From Treponema sp. (GTDB lineage Bacteria; Spirochaetota; Spirochaetia; Treponematales; Breznakiellaceae), in the NCBI GenBank assembly GCA_009785215.1, contig WQWU01000002.1, positions 21,489 through 85,488 on the forward strand: DNA of 64,000 nucleotides, given 5' to 3'. This document shows, piece after piece, positions 20,511 to 29,643 of this stretch. Position 1 is the stretch's first letter, and the number at the start of each line of letters is the position of its first letter. Below the pieces are notes generated by a model. The model had not been told where the DNA came from and did not search any database. It worked only from the letters and a program-made list of their open reading frames with translations. A program made the position numbers and the translations under genes.

Positions 20511-21212
20511 ATGTTTTTAAAACTTCCTAAATATACTGCGGCGCTGCTCGTTTTTTTACTAACGTTGATACCTGTAAATTTTGTTTACGGTGATAATTTT
20601 CAGTGGGCAGGCTTGGGCGGCTTATATTTATTTGCCTCTGATAATGTTCCTGAAGGCCCTCCCGCTGCAATAATTCCAGGTGTTGGCTTTTCTGCATCAT
20701 GGCAAGTTCATGATTTCCTCAGAATTGAGGTAACAGAAGATGTTTACTTTAACAATTATGAATTCAATGCTAAATACGGTTATCCAATGGCTTGCAGTCC
20801 TGAAAACCGGTCTGCGTTTGTAATAGGATTATTAACAGCCGCTCAAGTAACAGGACATTTTCCGATTGGCAGTAACGGTATTGCTGCACGGGTCTACGGC
20901 GGCCCTGCCATTGATATTCGTATTGTAACTCTGGCGTTTGGTTTAAATCATCCTGCAGATTTTTCCGGAAAGATCGAAACAGATGCAAAAATGCAGACAA
21001 AAGAAATATCAAAATATTTCTGGGGAAACGGCCGGTGGTTTCTTCCAGTTTTCGGCACAGGAATGGATTTTCCTTTAAGCGAACATTTTTTGCTGGGGTT
21101 TGATTTTAGAGTATGGTTTCCCATGTACAGACTTTGGACAAATGAAAATATTCCAGCTATTGACGGCTGGCGTTTCGGCGCTGGTTTGCGTATAACGCCC
21201 CGTAAACTTTAA
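20511..21212 (+). CDS. exported protein, possibly an outer-membrane beta-barrel
   Basis: Signal peptide from ATG 20511. Alternating amphipathic strands ending GWRFGAGLRI. Confidence 0.6.
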   Translation: MFLKLPKYTAALLVFLLTLIPVNFVYGDNFQWAGLGGLYLFASDNVPEGPPAAIIPGVGFSASWQVHDFLRIEVTEDVYFNNYEFNAKYGYPMACSPENRSAFVIGLLTAAQVTGHFPIGSNGIAARVYGGPAIDIRIVTLAFGLNHPADFSGKIETDAKMQTKEISKYFWGNGRWFLPVFGTGMDFPLSEHFLLGFDFRVWFPMYRLWTNENIPAIDGWRFGAGLRITPRKL

Positions 21213-22633
21213 TGAAAAAATCTAAAACTTTCGTTTATAAATGTTCCTCGTGCGGTAAAGAAGAACCAAAATGGCTGGGGCGCTGCCCTGAATGCGGCGA
21301 ATGGAATACTTTTGCAGAAACTTTGTCTGCAAGCGGTTCCAAAAAAGATATAAACCATAACCGGAAAAATCCGCAGTTTACTGTTCCGCTTTCAGCAATT
21401 GATCCAATGGAAGGAACCCGCATCGGAAGCGGTATCGATGAGTTAGACCGCGTTCTTGGCGGCGGTATTATGAAAAGCTCTTCTATTTTAATAGGCGGAG
21501 AACCGGGGATTGGAAAATCTACCTTGTTATTGCAAATCGCCGCCGCTGCACAAACAAAGGGGCGTGTTTTATATATTTCCGGCGAGGAGTCTGCAGGTCA
21601 GTTACGGCTAAGAGCAGACAGGCTGGATTTAAATAAAGATAAAGCCATCATGGAACGAATTGAAATTCTTTGTTCCGGAAACTTAAACGATATAGAGAAT
21701 GTCCTTAATAATATTAAACCTGTTCTGGTGCTGGTAGATTCTGCCCAAACGCTTTATTCCGAAGAAGCATCAATGCACACAGCCGGAACCATCAATCAAA
21801 TGAAGTACTGCTCTCATGAACTAATTACATGGGCAAAAGAACATGATGCCTCAGTATTTATAACAGCACATGTAACAAAAGAAGGGATTATATCCGGGCC
21901 CAAAACCCTGGAGCACATGGTAGATACAGTTCTTTATTTTGAGCAGAACGATAAAACCTCGGGTCTTAACGGAACTGCCGATTGCCGTTTTTTGCGTGCA
22001 GTAAAAAATCGTTTTGGCGCAATAGATGAAATTGGGATTTTTACAATGGGAGAAAAAGGCCTATTTCCTGTAGCGGACACAGGCCGCATGTTTTTAGTCC
22101 GGCGCGAAGGAAATTTACCTCCTGGTGTAGCCACAGCTGCCGTTCTGGAAGGCTCAAGAACCATACTCGTAGAGATTCAGGCGCTTGTAATACCTGCAAA
22201 AGGAACAATCAGCCGTGTTTTTTCCGACAAAATCGATTCAGGCAGAGTATCAAGGATTTCTGCCGCTCTGGAAAAACATCTGGGTCTGCATAATAAACCG
22301 GGGCTTAGGTTTTCGGATCAGGACCTTTATGTAAATGCTGCAGGCGGTATCCGCATCACTGAAGTAGGCGTAGAACTCGCTCTTGCTTGTGCCTTATACT
22401 CAGCGCGAACAGGTATCGCTTTGCCTGCAAATACGGCAATTGCAGGGGAATTATCATTAACTGGCGAAATTCGCCCTGTACGCCGCCTTTCCGGCCGTGT
22501 AAAAACAGCCGCATCTTTGGGTTTTGGCTCTTTTTTGGGCCCTTTGCCGGATCAGCCCGAGCCAGGGCTTCAAGCAGCAAAAGATATAAAAACTGCTATT
22601 GGATTGATATATGGGGCTGTTCCAAATACTTGA
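21212..22633 (+). CDS. radA: DNA repair protein RadA/Sms
   Basis: C4 zinc finger, GEPGIGKST Walker A, KNRFG motif, Lon-like C-terminus. Confidence 0.97.
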   Translation: MKKSKTFVYKCSSCGKEEPKWLGRCPECGEWNTFAETLSASGSKKDINHNRKNPQFTVPLSAIDPMEGTRIGSGIDELDRVLGGGIMKSSSILIGGEPGIGKSTLLLQIAAAAQTKGRVLYISGEESAGQLRLRADRLDLNKDKAIMERIEILCSGNLNDIENVLNNIKPVLVLVDSAQTLYSEEASMHTAGTINQMKYCSHELITWAKEHDASVFITAHVTKEGIISGPKTLEHMVDTVLYFEQNDKTSGLNGTADCRFLRAVKNRFGAIDEIGIFTMGEKGLFPVADTGRMFLVRREGNLPPGVATAAVLEGSRTILVEIQALVIPAKGTISRVFSDKIDSGRVSRISAALEKHLGLHNKPGLRFSDQDLYVNAAGGIRITEVGVELALACALYSARTGIALPANTAIAGELSLTGEIRPVRRLSGRVKTAASLGFGSFLGPLPDQPEPGLQAAKDIKTAIGLIYGAVPNT

Positions 22634-22697
22634 GATTCAGAACAGGTAAAATATGGTTAAATTTATACAAAAATAAGATAATATTTATATAAAAGTA

Positions 22698-22726
22698 TTG
22701 ACATTAATTTTATATGCGTTTATATT
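22698..22726 (+). promoter_or_regulatory. sigma70-type promoter ~360 nt upstream of the RRM gene
   Basis: TTGACA-17nt-TATATT. Confidence 0.65.
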
Positions 22727-22904
22727 TTTCGTAATTGAGTTTAATTTAGATTGAGTTTGAATTTGAGAATGGATTGTTTTTACGAGTTTTTAAAAAAACC
22801 GTACGGTTTAGGGATTAGTTCTGTTTTTTTCATTCGTTGCTTGCAGGCTTTATGTTTGTCTTTGCCAGGCTTGTCGTTTATCTCCCTTTACAATTATGCA
22901 TCTA

Positions 22905-23012
22905 TGTCTCTTGTTGTTGCAGAGCGGTAGCTTTGTGCCGGCAGGAAATAAGAGTCGTCCGCTTTTGCGGGCGTGAATACTTGGACGTAAGTCCAACGGA
23001 CGCAAGTCCAAA
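22905..23012 (+). ncRNA. candidate structured 5' leader or sRNA
   Basis: Consecutive hairpins with G-U pairs and two GNRA-capped stems (TTGGAC-GTAA-GTCCAA, GGAC-GCAA-GTCC). No known family recognised. Confidence 0.4.
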
Positions 23013-23088
23013 TGTACCAGAGTAAGGCATTTAATACTTTGTATTACTGTATAAAATGCAAAAATCAAGGTACGAAGGAATTTTCTCA

Positions 23089-23373
23089 ATGGCCAAGAAA
23101 TTGTATGTCGGTAACCTATCCTACAACACCACCGAAGATGGTCTTAAGAACCTGTTTTCAGGTTTTGGAACCGTCGCATCCGTAAAGATCATTTTTGATC
23201 GTGAAACCGGCAACTCAAAAGGGTTCGGATTTATCGAAATGGGCAGCGATGAAGAAGCAACAGCTGCTATCACTGGAACAAACGGCCGCGAATTTGACGG
23301 ACGTCAACTGCGCGTAAACGAAGCGATGGATAAACCTCGCCGCGAACGCTCTGGCGGCGGCGGCAACTGGTAA
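23089..23373 (+). CDS. single-RRM RNA-binding protein
   Basis: RNP2 LYVGNL, RNP1 KGFGFIEM, Gly-rich tail. ATG at 23089 with AAGGA RBS. Confidence 0.95.
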   Translation: MAKKLYVGNLSYNTTEDGLKNLFSGFGTVASVKIIFDRETGNSKGFGFIEMGSDEEATAAITGTNGREFDGRQLRVNEAMDKPRRERSGGGGNW

Positions 23374-23391
23374 GATTTTTACCGGTAGACT

Positions 23392-23475
23392 CGGATTAAT
23401 GCAGATTCTGCAGATTGATATGGATTTTTTCCTAAATCGGTTTGCGGAGATTTGTATTAATCCGTAGTTTTATTT
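23392..23475 (+). terminator. long G-U-rich hairpin followed by a U-rich tract
   Basis: CGGATTAATGCAGATTCTGCAGATTGAT pairs with ATCGGTTTGCGGA-G-ATTTGTATTAATCCG, then TTTTATTT. Lies between convergent genes. Confidence 0.7.
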
Positions 23476-23506
23476 ACTGTTTAAGATCTTTAAGAACTAA
23501 AGTTCT

Positions 23507-24391
23507 TTAAGCTTTTAAAAGCTTTTGACGTTCGGCTTCTGCAGCAACGTGCATTTTTTCCAGTTCTTCCATAATCGCATCTGCTACTGCCTGCTTTTTA
23601 TCTTCTTCCTCGCCAGTTTTTGCAAGAACATTATTACGAAACTCCTGACAATCAGTAACAGGGCTTACGGTAGCAGTAACAATGTCTTTACTTACAGCAT
23701 CGTTCATCATATCGGTTTGCTGAACGTGTAATATATCGCCGTTCAAAGCAACAAAACACATATAATCAAACGAACGAATGTATGAATCAATCTCTCGTAC
23801 TCCCTTTTTTGAATCGGGTTCCCATGGTCTGTATCGGGTGCCTGCAGGGAAAACAAGGATCAATTTTCCATTATATTTATTCCTGATAAGCGATTTCATT
23901 GCAGCTCTATTTATTGTATTACTGCGCATAATTTCCGCTTTATCTTTTTCGGGATCGGCGTCTTGCAGATAACGGCTTGGGTAAATAACAATTTTACTGT
24001 AAGCGCCTGTAAAAGCTGCAACAACAGGATTATCTTCGTTTAACTTCATTCCTGCCATTGCAATAATCGCATCGCTGATTTCTTTTCCCCGCTCTCCGGC
24101 TTTCCGTGCCAGCATAGAAACAAGGCCAAGATCCATATTGCTGTAATGTTCAACAAGTAAAAGACAAGCTTTCCCTGATTTTGATTTATCCATAAGTTCT
24201 TCTAAGTGAGAATATCCATCCATTCTGCTGCCGGGAAGAAATAAAGGTTCCATCATTTCATCCACAATTGCAAGTACATTCGGATCCGCTTCCTGATACA
24301 CATTTTCTTCTGTAATAACAGTTGGCACTTTAGAAACTTGCATTACTCTTTTTATTTGATCGCCAAAGACAGTCGTTAATGTTCCAAGCAT
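23507..24391 (-). CDS. glycerol-3-phosphate/1-acylglycerol-3-phosphate acyltransferase (PlsC/plastid GPAT-like)
   Basis: HX4D motif (EHYSNMD) and FPAGTR. Start placed at 24391 by AGGAGA spacing. Confidence 0.85.
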   Translation of the reverse strand: MLGTLTTVFGDQIKRVMQVSKVPTVITEENVYQEADPNVLAIVDEMMEPLFLPGSRMDGYSHLEELMDKSKSGKACLLLVEHYSNMDLGLVSMLARKAGERGKEISDAIIAMAGMKLNEDNPVVAAFTGAYSKIVIYPSRYLQDADPEKDKAEIMRSNTINRAAMKSLIRNKYNGKLILVFPAGTRYRPWEPDSKKGVREIDSYIRSFDYMCFVALNGDILHVQQTDMMNDAVSKDIVTATVSPVTDCQEFRNNVLAKTGEEEDKKQAVADAIMEELEKMHVAAEAERQKLLKA

Positions 24392-24408
24392 AATCATTTC
24401 TCCTAACC

Positions 24409-25644
24409 TTAATTTTTTAAAGAAATCAATTCGATAATCACTTTGCAGGCAGCGCACATTTCGCTTACGCTTACCCATTCAAGACGGCTGTGAAAATTTC
24501 TGCCGCCTGTAAAAATGTTCGGAGTGGGAATGCCAAGCTCCGTAAGCCTTGAGCCGTCTGTACCGCCCCGAATCGGCTTTAACCGCCATTCAATTCCAAC
24601 ATTCTTTACAGCCTTTTTAAGCCGTTCCAGTACGTCAGGATTTTCATCGATTTTTACTCTCATATTATAGTATTGCGGATGATTTTTAACAATTACTTTT
24701 CCGCCGGGAAATTGAGCCTCGACAGTTTTTGCAAAAGCGTCTAATGCCGCCAATCGGCGCTCGATACCGTCTTTTTCAAAGTCACGAATAAAAATCTCCA
24801 AGTTTGCTTTTTCTAAGTCGCCTGTGATTTGCATAGGACAGTAATAACCGTAGTAACCGTCAGTGGCTTCGGGGCTTTCGCTGCGAGGCAAAAGAACCGC
24901 AAATGCCGATGCCATGAGCGCCGCATTGGCTAAAATGCCTCTTGCATGGCCAACATGTATCACTTTTCCATGGAATTCGATGTCAGATTTGTACGCATTA
25001 AAACATTCACTCTCGATTTCGCCGATTGGACCGCCGTCTACAGTGTAACAATACGTTGATTTTATCTCGTTTAAGGGAAATTCAGGCAAACCCTTGCCAG
25101 TTTCTTCGTCAGGAGTAAAAATAATCTCGATAGGACCGTGTTCAATCTGCGGATTTGCGATTAAATATTCAATTGCAGCCATAATTTCGGCAATTCCTGC
25201 CTTATTATCTGCACCTAATAGCGTTGTTCCATCGGTATGAATGATGGATTTCCCTTTTTGCTCGATTAAATCGGGTTCTTTAGCAGGATCAAGACATAAT
25301 CCATACATCAAATCGATTTTTTCGCCATTATAATTGGAAATATACTGTGGTTTTACATTACATCCGCAGACATCACTTGCTGTATCAAGGTGAGCAAGAA
25401 ACCCAATATAGGGTTCGTTCTCTCTGCCCTTGGTTGCGGGCAATCTTGCTATCACATAGCAGTGGTCTGTGAGTTTAACATCGATTAAACCCATAGCAGA
25501 TAATTCTTCGCTCAGAGTTTTGGCAAGTTCCCACTGTCCCTGCGTGGAGGGGGTCTCAGAAACATCACGATTGCTCTCTGTATCGATACAGACATATTTT
25601 AGAAATCGAGGGACAATTAGTTCTTCAAGAAGTTGGTCGTTCAT
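24409..25644 (-). CDS. pepT: peptidase T (M20B tripeptide aminopeptidase)
   Basis: AHLDT, TTLLGADNKAG, FTPDEETG, IRGGTDG and NFHS motifs. Confidence 0.96.
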   Translation of the reverse strand: MNDQLLEELIVPRFLKYVCIDTESNRDVSETPSTQGQWELAKTLSEELSAMGLIDVKLTDHCYVIARLPATKGRENEPYIGFLAHLDTASDVCGCNVKPQYISNYNGEKIDLMYGLCLDPAKEPDLIEQKGKSIIHTDGTTLLGADNKAGIAEIMAAIEYLIANPQIEHGPIEIIFTPDEETGKGLPEFPLNEIKSTYCYTVDGGPIGEIESECFNAYKSDIEFHGKVIHVGHARGILANAALMASAFAVLLPRSESPEATDGYYGYYCPMQITGDLEKANLEIFIRDFEKDGIERRLAALDAFAKTVEAQFPGGKVIVKNHPQYYNMRVKIDENPDVLERLKKAVKNVGIEWRLKPIRGGTDGSRLTELGIPTPNIFTGGRNFHSRLEWVSVSEMCAACKVIIELISLKN

Positions 25645-25694
25645 GGAGTGATTATACATAGATATGAGGCGACAGTCATCCTATATTAATCTAT

Positions 25695-25764
25695 AAACAC
25701 GGAAGCAAATGTGCGCCAAACTCGGAAGTAAAATCTTGACAAACTCGGAAGTAAAAAGTATAAT
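25695..25764 (+). promoter_or_regulatory. consensus promoter overlapped by three direct repeats (putative operator array)
   Basis: TTGACA (25736)-17nt-TATAAT (25759). AAAC(A/T)CGGAAG(C/T)AAA at 25695, 25718 and 25741, a 23-bp period. Confidence 0.8.
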
Positions 25765-25771
25765 ATAGGTT

Positions 25772-27037
25772 ATGAACCAAAAATATTTAACCAGAATAGC
25801 AGATAAAGTCCTAAATTTAGCTCTGGAAGCCTCTGGAGCGGTACTTATAGAGGGTCCAAAATGGTGCGGAAAAACAAGAACAGCCGAAGAGAAAGCTGCA
25901 AGTACCCTTTATATGCAGGATCCTGACCATACTGCATCCTATTTAAAAGCCGCTGATGCAAAACCTTCTCTTCTTTTAGCTGGCAGTACTCCTAGACTTA
26001 TCGATGAATGGCAAATGGCTCCAGTACTGTGGGATGCTGTTCGTTTTGCAATAGATCAGCGCAGAGAAAATAGTCAGTTTATTCTAACAGGTTCTGCTGT
26101 GCCGGAAGACAATGTTGTTCAGCACACAGGAACAGGGCGTATTTCGCGTATGTTGATGCGTCCTATGTCCTTGTTTGAATCATTAGAATCAAATGGTTCG
26201 ATATCTTTAAAAACGCTTTTTAATGGCACTATCAAAGAAGAAAGTTACTCTTCTTTAACAATAGAGGCTTTAGCTTATGCTCTGACTCGCGGCGGCTGGC
26301 CTGCATCTATTGGGCAAAAAGAATCTGTGGCTTTACGGCAAGTATATGATTATGTAGATGCGGTTATTAATATTGATGTGTCCCGCGTTGATGGCGTAGA
26401 AAAAAACCCGCAGCGAGTTCGCACTTTAATGCGTTCATTAGCGCGTAATATTTCTACTACCGCTAATATTGCAACAATTCAACAAGATATTGCTGGCGGC
26501 GAACAGACAATTTCTGATAAAACAATTGCAGCTTATCATAACGCTCTGCGCCGAATATTCGTTGTAGAAGACCTTCCAGCATGGAATCCTGCATTACGCT
26601 CAAAAACTGCAATACGAACTTCTCCAAAGCGGCATTTTATCGATCCTTCTATAGCTGCTGCTGTTTTTCGCTCAACTCCTGATAGTCTTTTATCCGACTT
26701 TAATACTTTTGGATTATTATTTGAGTCATTATGTATTCGCGATCTGCGTATTTATTCACAAGCTATTGACGGAGAAGTATTTCATTATCGTGATAAAAAC
26801 GGTCTGGAAGCAGATGCCATTGTTCATTTGAAAGACGGACGCTGGGGAGCAGTCGAGGTAAAAATGGGAGCTAAAGAGATTGATATTGCTGCAAAAAATT
26901 TAATTACTTTACGCGATAAAATAAATCTTGAAAAAATGAAACAACCGTCATTTCTAATGGTTCTAACAGGTACAGAATTGGGATACAGACGCAAAGACGG
27001 TGTTTATATTGTTCCAATCGGATGTTTAAGGGAGTAA
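25772..27037 (+). CDS. AAA+ ATPase with DUF4143 and C-terminal PD-(D/E)xK-like domain
   Basis: GPKWCGKT, LIDEWQ, ILTGS, SPKRHFIDPS and EADAIV...AVEVK. Confidence 0.9.
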   Translation: MNQKYLTRIADKVLNLALEASGAVLIEGPKWCGKTRTAEEKAASTLYMQDPDHTASYLKAADAKPSLLLAGSTPRLIDEWQMAPVLWDAVRFAIDQRRENSQFILTGSAVPEDNVVQHTGTGRISRMLMRPMSLFESLESNGSISLKTLFNGTIKEESYSSLTIEALAYALTRGGWPASIGQKESVALRQVYDYVDAVINIDVSRVDGVEKNPQRVRTLMRSLARNISTTANIATIQQDIAGGEQTISDKTIAAYHNALRRIFVVEDLPAWNPALRSKTAIRTSPKRHFIDPSIAAAVFRSTPDSLLSDFNTFGLLFESLCIRDLRIYSQAIDGEVFHYRDKNGLEADAIVHLKDGRWGAVEVKMGAKEIDIAAKNLITLRDKINLEKMKQPSFLMVLTGTELGYRRKDGVYIVPIGCLRE

Positions 27038-27061
27038 AACATTAAGGGGATACATAAGTTA

Positions 27062-27265
27062 TTATAAAAGGTCTTTTATTTCTATTTTTAATGCTTTTGC
27101 AATTTTTATTAAAACATCAATTGACGGAATAACACGTTTACTTTCTATATAATATAAATGACTATGGGATATTTCTACTGCATTAGCCAAATTTAACAGC
27201 GATATTTTTTTCTCATTTCTTTTTTTTCGTATATTTTCCAGGATTTTTTTTGTTTCTTTTTCCAT
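27062..27265 (-). CDS. XRE family HTH regulator
   Basis: HTH_3 pattern (ISLLNLANAVEISHSHLYYIESKRVIPSIDVLIKIAKAL). Confidence 0.88.
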   Translation of the reverse strand: MEKETKKILENIRKKRNEKKISLLNLANAVEISHSHLYYIESKRVIPSIDVLIKIAKALKIEIKDLL

Positions 27266-27270
27266 AATAC

Positions 27271-27323
27271 TTGACTCTAAAAATAGAGTGAGAGTATAAT
27301 AGAAACAACTCTAAATATAGAGT
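27271..27323 (+). promoter_or_regulatory. promoter with two palindromic operators
   Basis: TTGACT-18nt-TATAAT. ACTCTA-N4-TAGAGT at 27274-27289 and 27308-27323. Confidence 0.75.
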
Positions 27324-27350
27324 AATAAGAAATACCAATAGGAGGGTAAA

Positions 27351-27947
27351 ATGAAAAGATCGGGTTTTATCGCAGTGCTAATTTTAGCATTAGCGGCAGC
27401 CAGTTTAGGATTGGTTGGGTGTGCAACACCTATTGTATCTGCAGGTGAGGCAATTGATGCTGTAGGGATTTCTCAATCAGGAATGATTCAATACTATTCT
27501 GGAGCAACATTTGAGCTTATACTGATGAGAGCAAAGAACAACCAAACTGACACTACTGCAGTAGTCAGAAGAGGAGTGCCGACATATACACGGGAAAAAA
27601 TAGTAATTCCTGCCAATAGACCGTGTGTTGTAGTTAGACAAGAAACAACAGAGGATGGTAGGCTTATACTCCACGTTGCATTTGAAAAAGATGAAAATCT
27701 TACATTATCATTCATACAAAGTTCAAATGAATTAAGTTATTTCACAACATTTGACATGCTCTTTGAAGGAGATTCTGATATACCAGTTGTAAAATATGGT
27801 GAAGAATATTACACAGTACGTTCTTATAATGTTATTCGCGGCGCTTATGGTATAGCAGTTGGTCAGGCAGCTGCTCGTCCATACCTGGGGATAAGAGAAA
27901 ATGTAAGAGTAAGGGTAATTAGAACAACAAGCGGAAGAAAACTATAA
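27351..27947 (+). CDS. hypothetical lipoprotein
   Basis: LVGC lipobox, AGGAGG RBS. Confidence 0.8.
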   Translation: MKRSGFIAVLILALAAASLGLVGCATPIVSAGEAIDAVGISQSGMIQYYSGATFELILMRAKNNQTDTTAVVRRGVPTYTREKIVIPANRPCVVVRQETTEDGRLILHVAFEKDENLTLSFIQSSNELSYFTTFDMLFEGDSDIPVVKYGEEYYTVRSYNVIRGAYGIAVGQAAARPYLGIRENVRVRVIRTTSGRKL

Positions 27948-27958
27948 AAAAACCACAT

Positions 27959-27995
27959 AAGGTGTCCGTTATCAGAGTTTGATTGCTGGCACCTT
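27959..27995. terminator. hairpin between convergent genes
   Basis: AAGGTGTC...GGCACCTT stem with an inner ATCA/TGAT pairing. Confidence 0.5.
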
Positions 27996-28023
27996 TAAAG
28001 GAGCAGTTATTTAAGAATTAATG

Positions 28024-28218
28024 TCAAGCGTGTACTAATTCTCTTTCATTTTGAACAATGTTGTACATTTCATCCTGCATATTTTTTACAAGGAGAGCAA
28101 GCGCGGCAAGACGAACTTCCATGGACTCTTTCTTTGTTGCTTTGCGGTAATTTCCTTGCGCTACAGCAGTAGATACTTCGTTTACTACATTATTAACATC
28201 AATTTCATCATAATTCAT
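28024..28218 (-). CDS. small hypothetical protein (antitoxin position)
   Basis: 64 aa, starts 1 nt after the stop of a toxin-like remnant, AAGGA RBS. Confidence 0.55.
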   Translation of the reverse strand: MNYDEIDVNNVVNEVSTAVAQGNYRKATKKESMEVRLAALALLVKNMQDEMYNIVQNERELVHA

Positions 28219-28219
28219 A

Positions 28220-28400
28220 TCATAATCCTTCTAATAAAAAGTAATACTGTTTGGTTAATTTCATTGCATGAATGACCACAAGGCAATCTTGTTCGTCATC
28301 TTCAATCGCAATGATCTCCAAAGCCCTTCCTAAATTATCAAATCCAACAAACAAACGCTTTATCGGTGGATAATTTAACATGATGTCATTATTGAAATGT
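28220..28400 (-). pseudogene. N-terminally truncated BrnT/RelE-fold toxin-like gene
   Basis: Not in the track. Translates as ...DIMLNYPPIKRLFVGFDNLGRALEIIAIEDDEQDCLVVIHAMKLTKQYYFLLEGL*, resembling the C-terminal half of small spirochaete toxin-like proteins. Confidence 0.5.
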
Positions 28401-28416
28401 GATAAACAGTAGGTGA

Positions 28417-28608
28417 TTACCTTAATTCACTTTTTGCGACCCATGCGTTGACAGCTAATAAAGGATTTTCTTCAATCTTTTTTACTTCTTTGTCAATTTT
28501 TAAACGTAGATTTTCTGCTGCTCTTGGCGCCTTAAGTTCATGAGTGATATATCTTATTATATTTCTCAAATCATCTAGTGCAATGGGGAGATAACTAGCT
28601 TTATACAT
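28417..28608 (-). pseudogene. C-terminally truncated RelE/ParE toxin
   Basis: YLPIALDDLRNIIRYITHELKAPRAAENL...IEENP is the ParE N-half. It stops at 63 aa without the catalytic C-half. Confidence 0.75.
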
Positions 28609-28612
28609 TAAG

Positions 28613-28906
28613 TTACCCTTTTTTCTTTGTTTCTTCTTTAATTATATTACAGAGCTCCGTCATTACTTCGCCATGAGTATATCTTTTTTTTGTTGAAGCT
28701 GCTTGATATTCGGCCTCTTTTAATTTGACATACATTTCTGATTGAAAAAGATTCTGCTCATACGCATCAATACTCATCACGACCATATCTCCCCTGCCAT
28801 TTTTTGTTAAATAAACGGGCTCGTTGGTTTCATGTACTATTTTTGAGATGTTTTTGAAATTATTTCTTAAATCCGAAATAGGACGTATTTTTGGTATTAC
28901 AGGCAT
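28613..28906 (-). CDS. Phd/YefM family antitoxin
   Basis: IRPISDLRN...EPVYLTKNGRGDMVVMS signature, GGAGG RBS. Confidence 0.92.
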   Translation of the reverse strand: MPVIPKIRPISDLRNNFKNISKIVHETNEPVYLTKNGRGDMVVMSIDAYEQNLFQSEMYVKLKEAEYQAASTKKRYTHGEVMTELCNIIKEETKKKG

Positions 28907-28922
28907 TCTTCCTCCACAATTC

Positions 28923-28952
28923 TTATCATAATTATAGCATTTATTATGATAA
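28923..28952 (-). promoter_or_regulatory. palindromic operator over the TA promoter
   Basis: TTATCATAAT-N10-ATTATGATAA overlapping a minus-strand TATAAT. Confidence 0.65.
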
Positions 28953-29106
28953 AAAACAAGAATACCCTAAATGTTTCGGAACATAATAAATATAATTTAT
29001 ATCTTATGAAAGTACAGCCTCCAAAAGCCGCAATAGACACATTTTGCTATCCCTACCCTTTTCCAAGTTTACATATTTCATTAAAATGTACGCATGAGGT
29101 CAGAAA

Positions 29107-29643
29107 ATGTGTAATTGTGCGGAAAATTGCCAGACCAAAGGTCAGGCGAGCAAATATTGGGATTTGTTTGAAAATGTTATTAAAGACTATACAGGACAGG
29201 CGAAGTTTGAGGAATCAGCGTTTCCAGAAACGTTGTTAATCCCTGTTCTTCAAAAATTGCAGGAAGCCTACGGATACCTTCCGCAGGATGTAATAAAACG
29301 GCTCTCTGATAGGACGGGCATATTTGTTTCAAAAATAATGGGAGTTGTTACCTTTTATTCGCAGTTCAGATTGCAGCCTGTTGGCGAAAACATTGTAAGG
29401 ATTTGTTTTGGTACAGCCTGCCATGTTATCGGCTCGGAAAATGTTGCCGATGCTATTTGCAGAGAACTCGATATTAAGCTTGGCGGAACAACAGAAGATA
29501 AAATGTTCACTGTCGAGTCTGTCGCCTGCCTTGGATGCTGTTCGCTAGCTCCTGTAATAATGATAAATGACGAAACTCACGGACGTCTAACCCCCGACAC
29601 CGCAAGAGATGTAATCAGAGAATTTAAGGAAAATAAAAAATGA
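29107..29643 (+). CDS. NuoE/HydC-like [2Fe-2S] subunit
   Basis: CFGTAC and CLGCC ligands, VTFYSQF. Confidence 0.92.
   Translation: MCNCAENCQTKGQASKYWDLFENVIKDYTGQAKFEESAFPETLLIPVLQKLQEAYGYLPQDVIKRLSDRTGIFVSKIMGVVTFYSQFRLQPVGENIVRICFGTACHVIGSENVADAICRELDIKLGGTTEDKMFTVESVACLGCCSLAPVIMINDETHGRLTPDTARDVIREFKENKK

Noticed and set aside
22837-23089. ORFs 22837-23025 (+) and 22850-23089 (-)
   Set aside because: No RBS or recognisable protein features. The region is better explained as a structured leader.
25695-25756. Repeats as a mini-CRISPR array
   Set aside because: Spacers are only ~8 nt, there are no cas genes, and the repeats overlap a promoter.
28946-29239. 97-aa plus-strand ORF
   Set aside because: Spans promoter DNA and overlaps the NuoE-like gene out of frame. 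No protein features.
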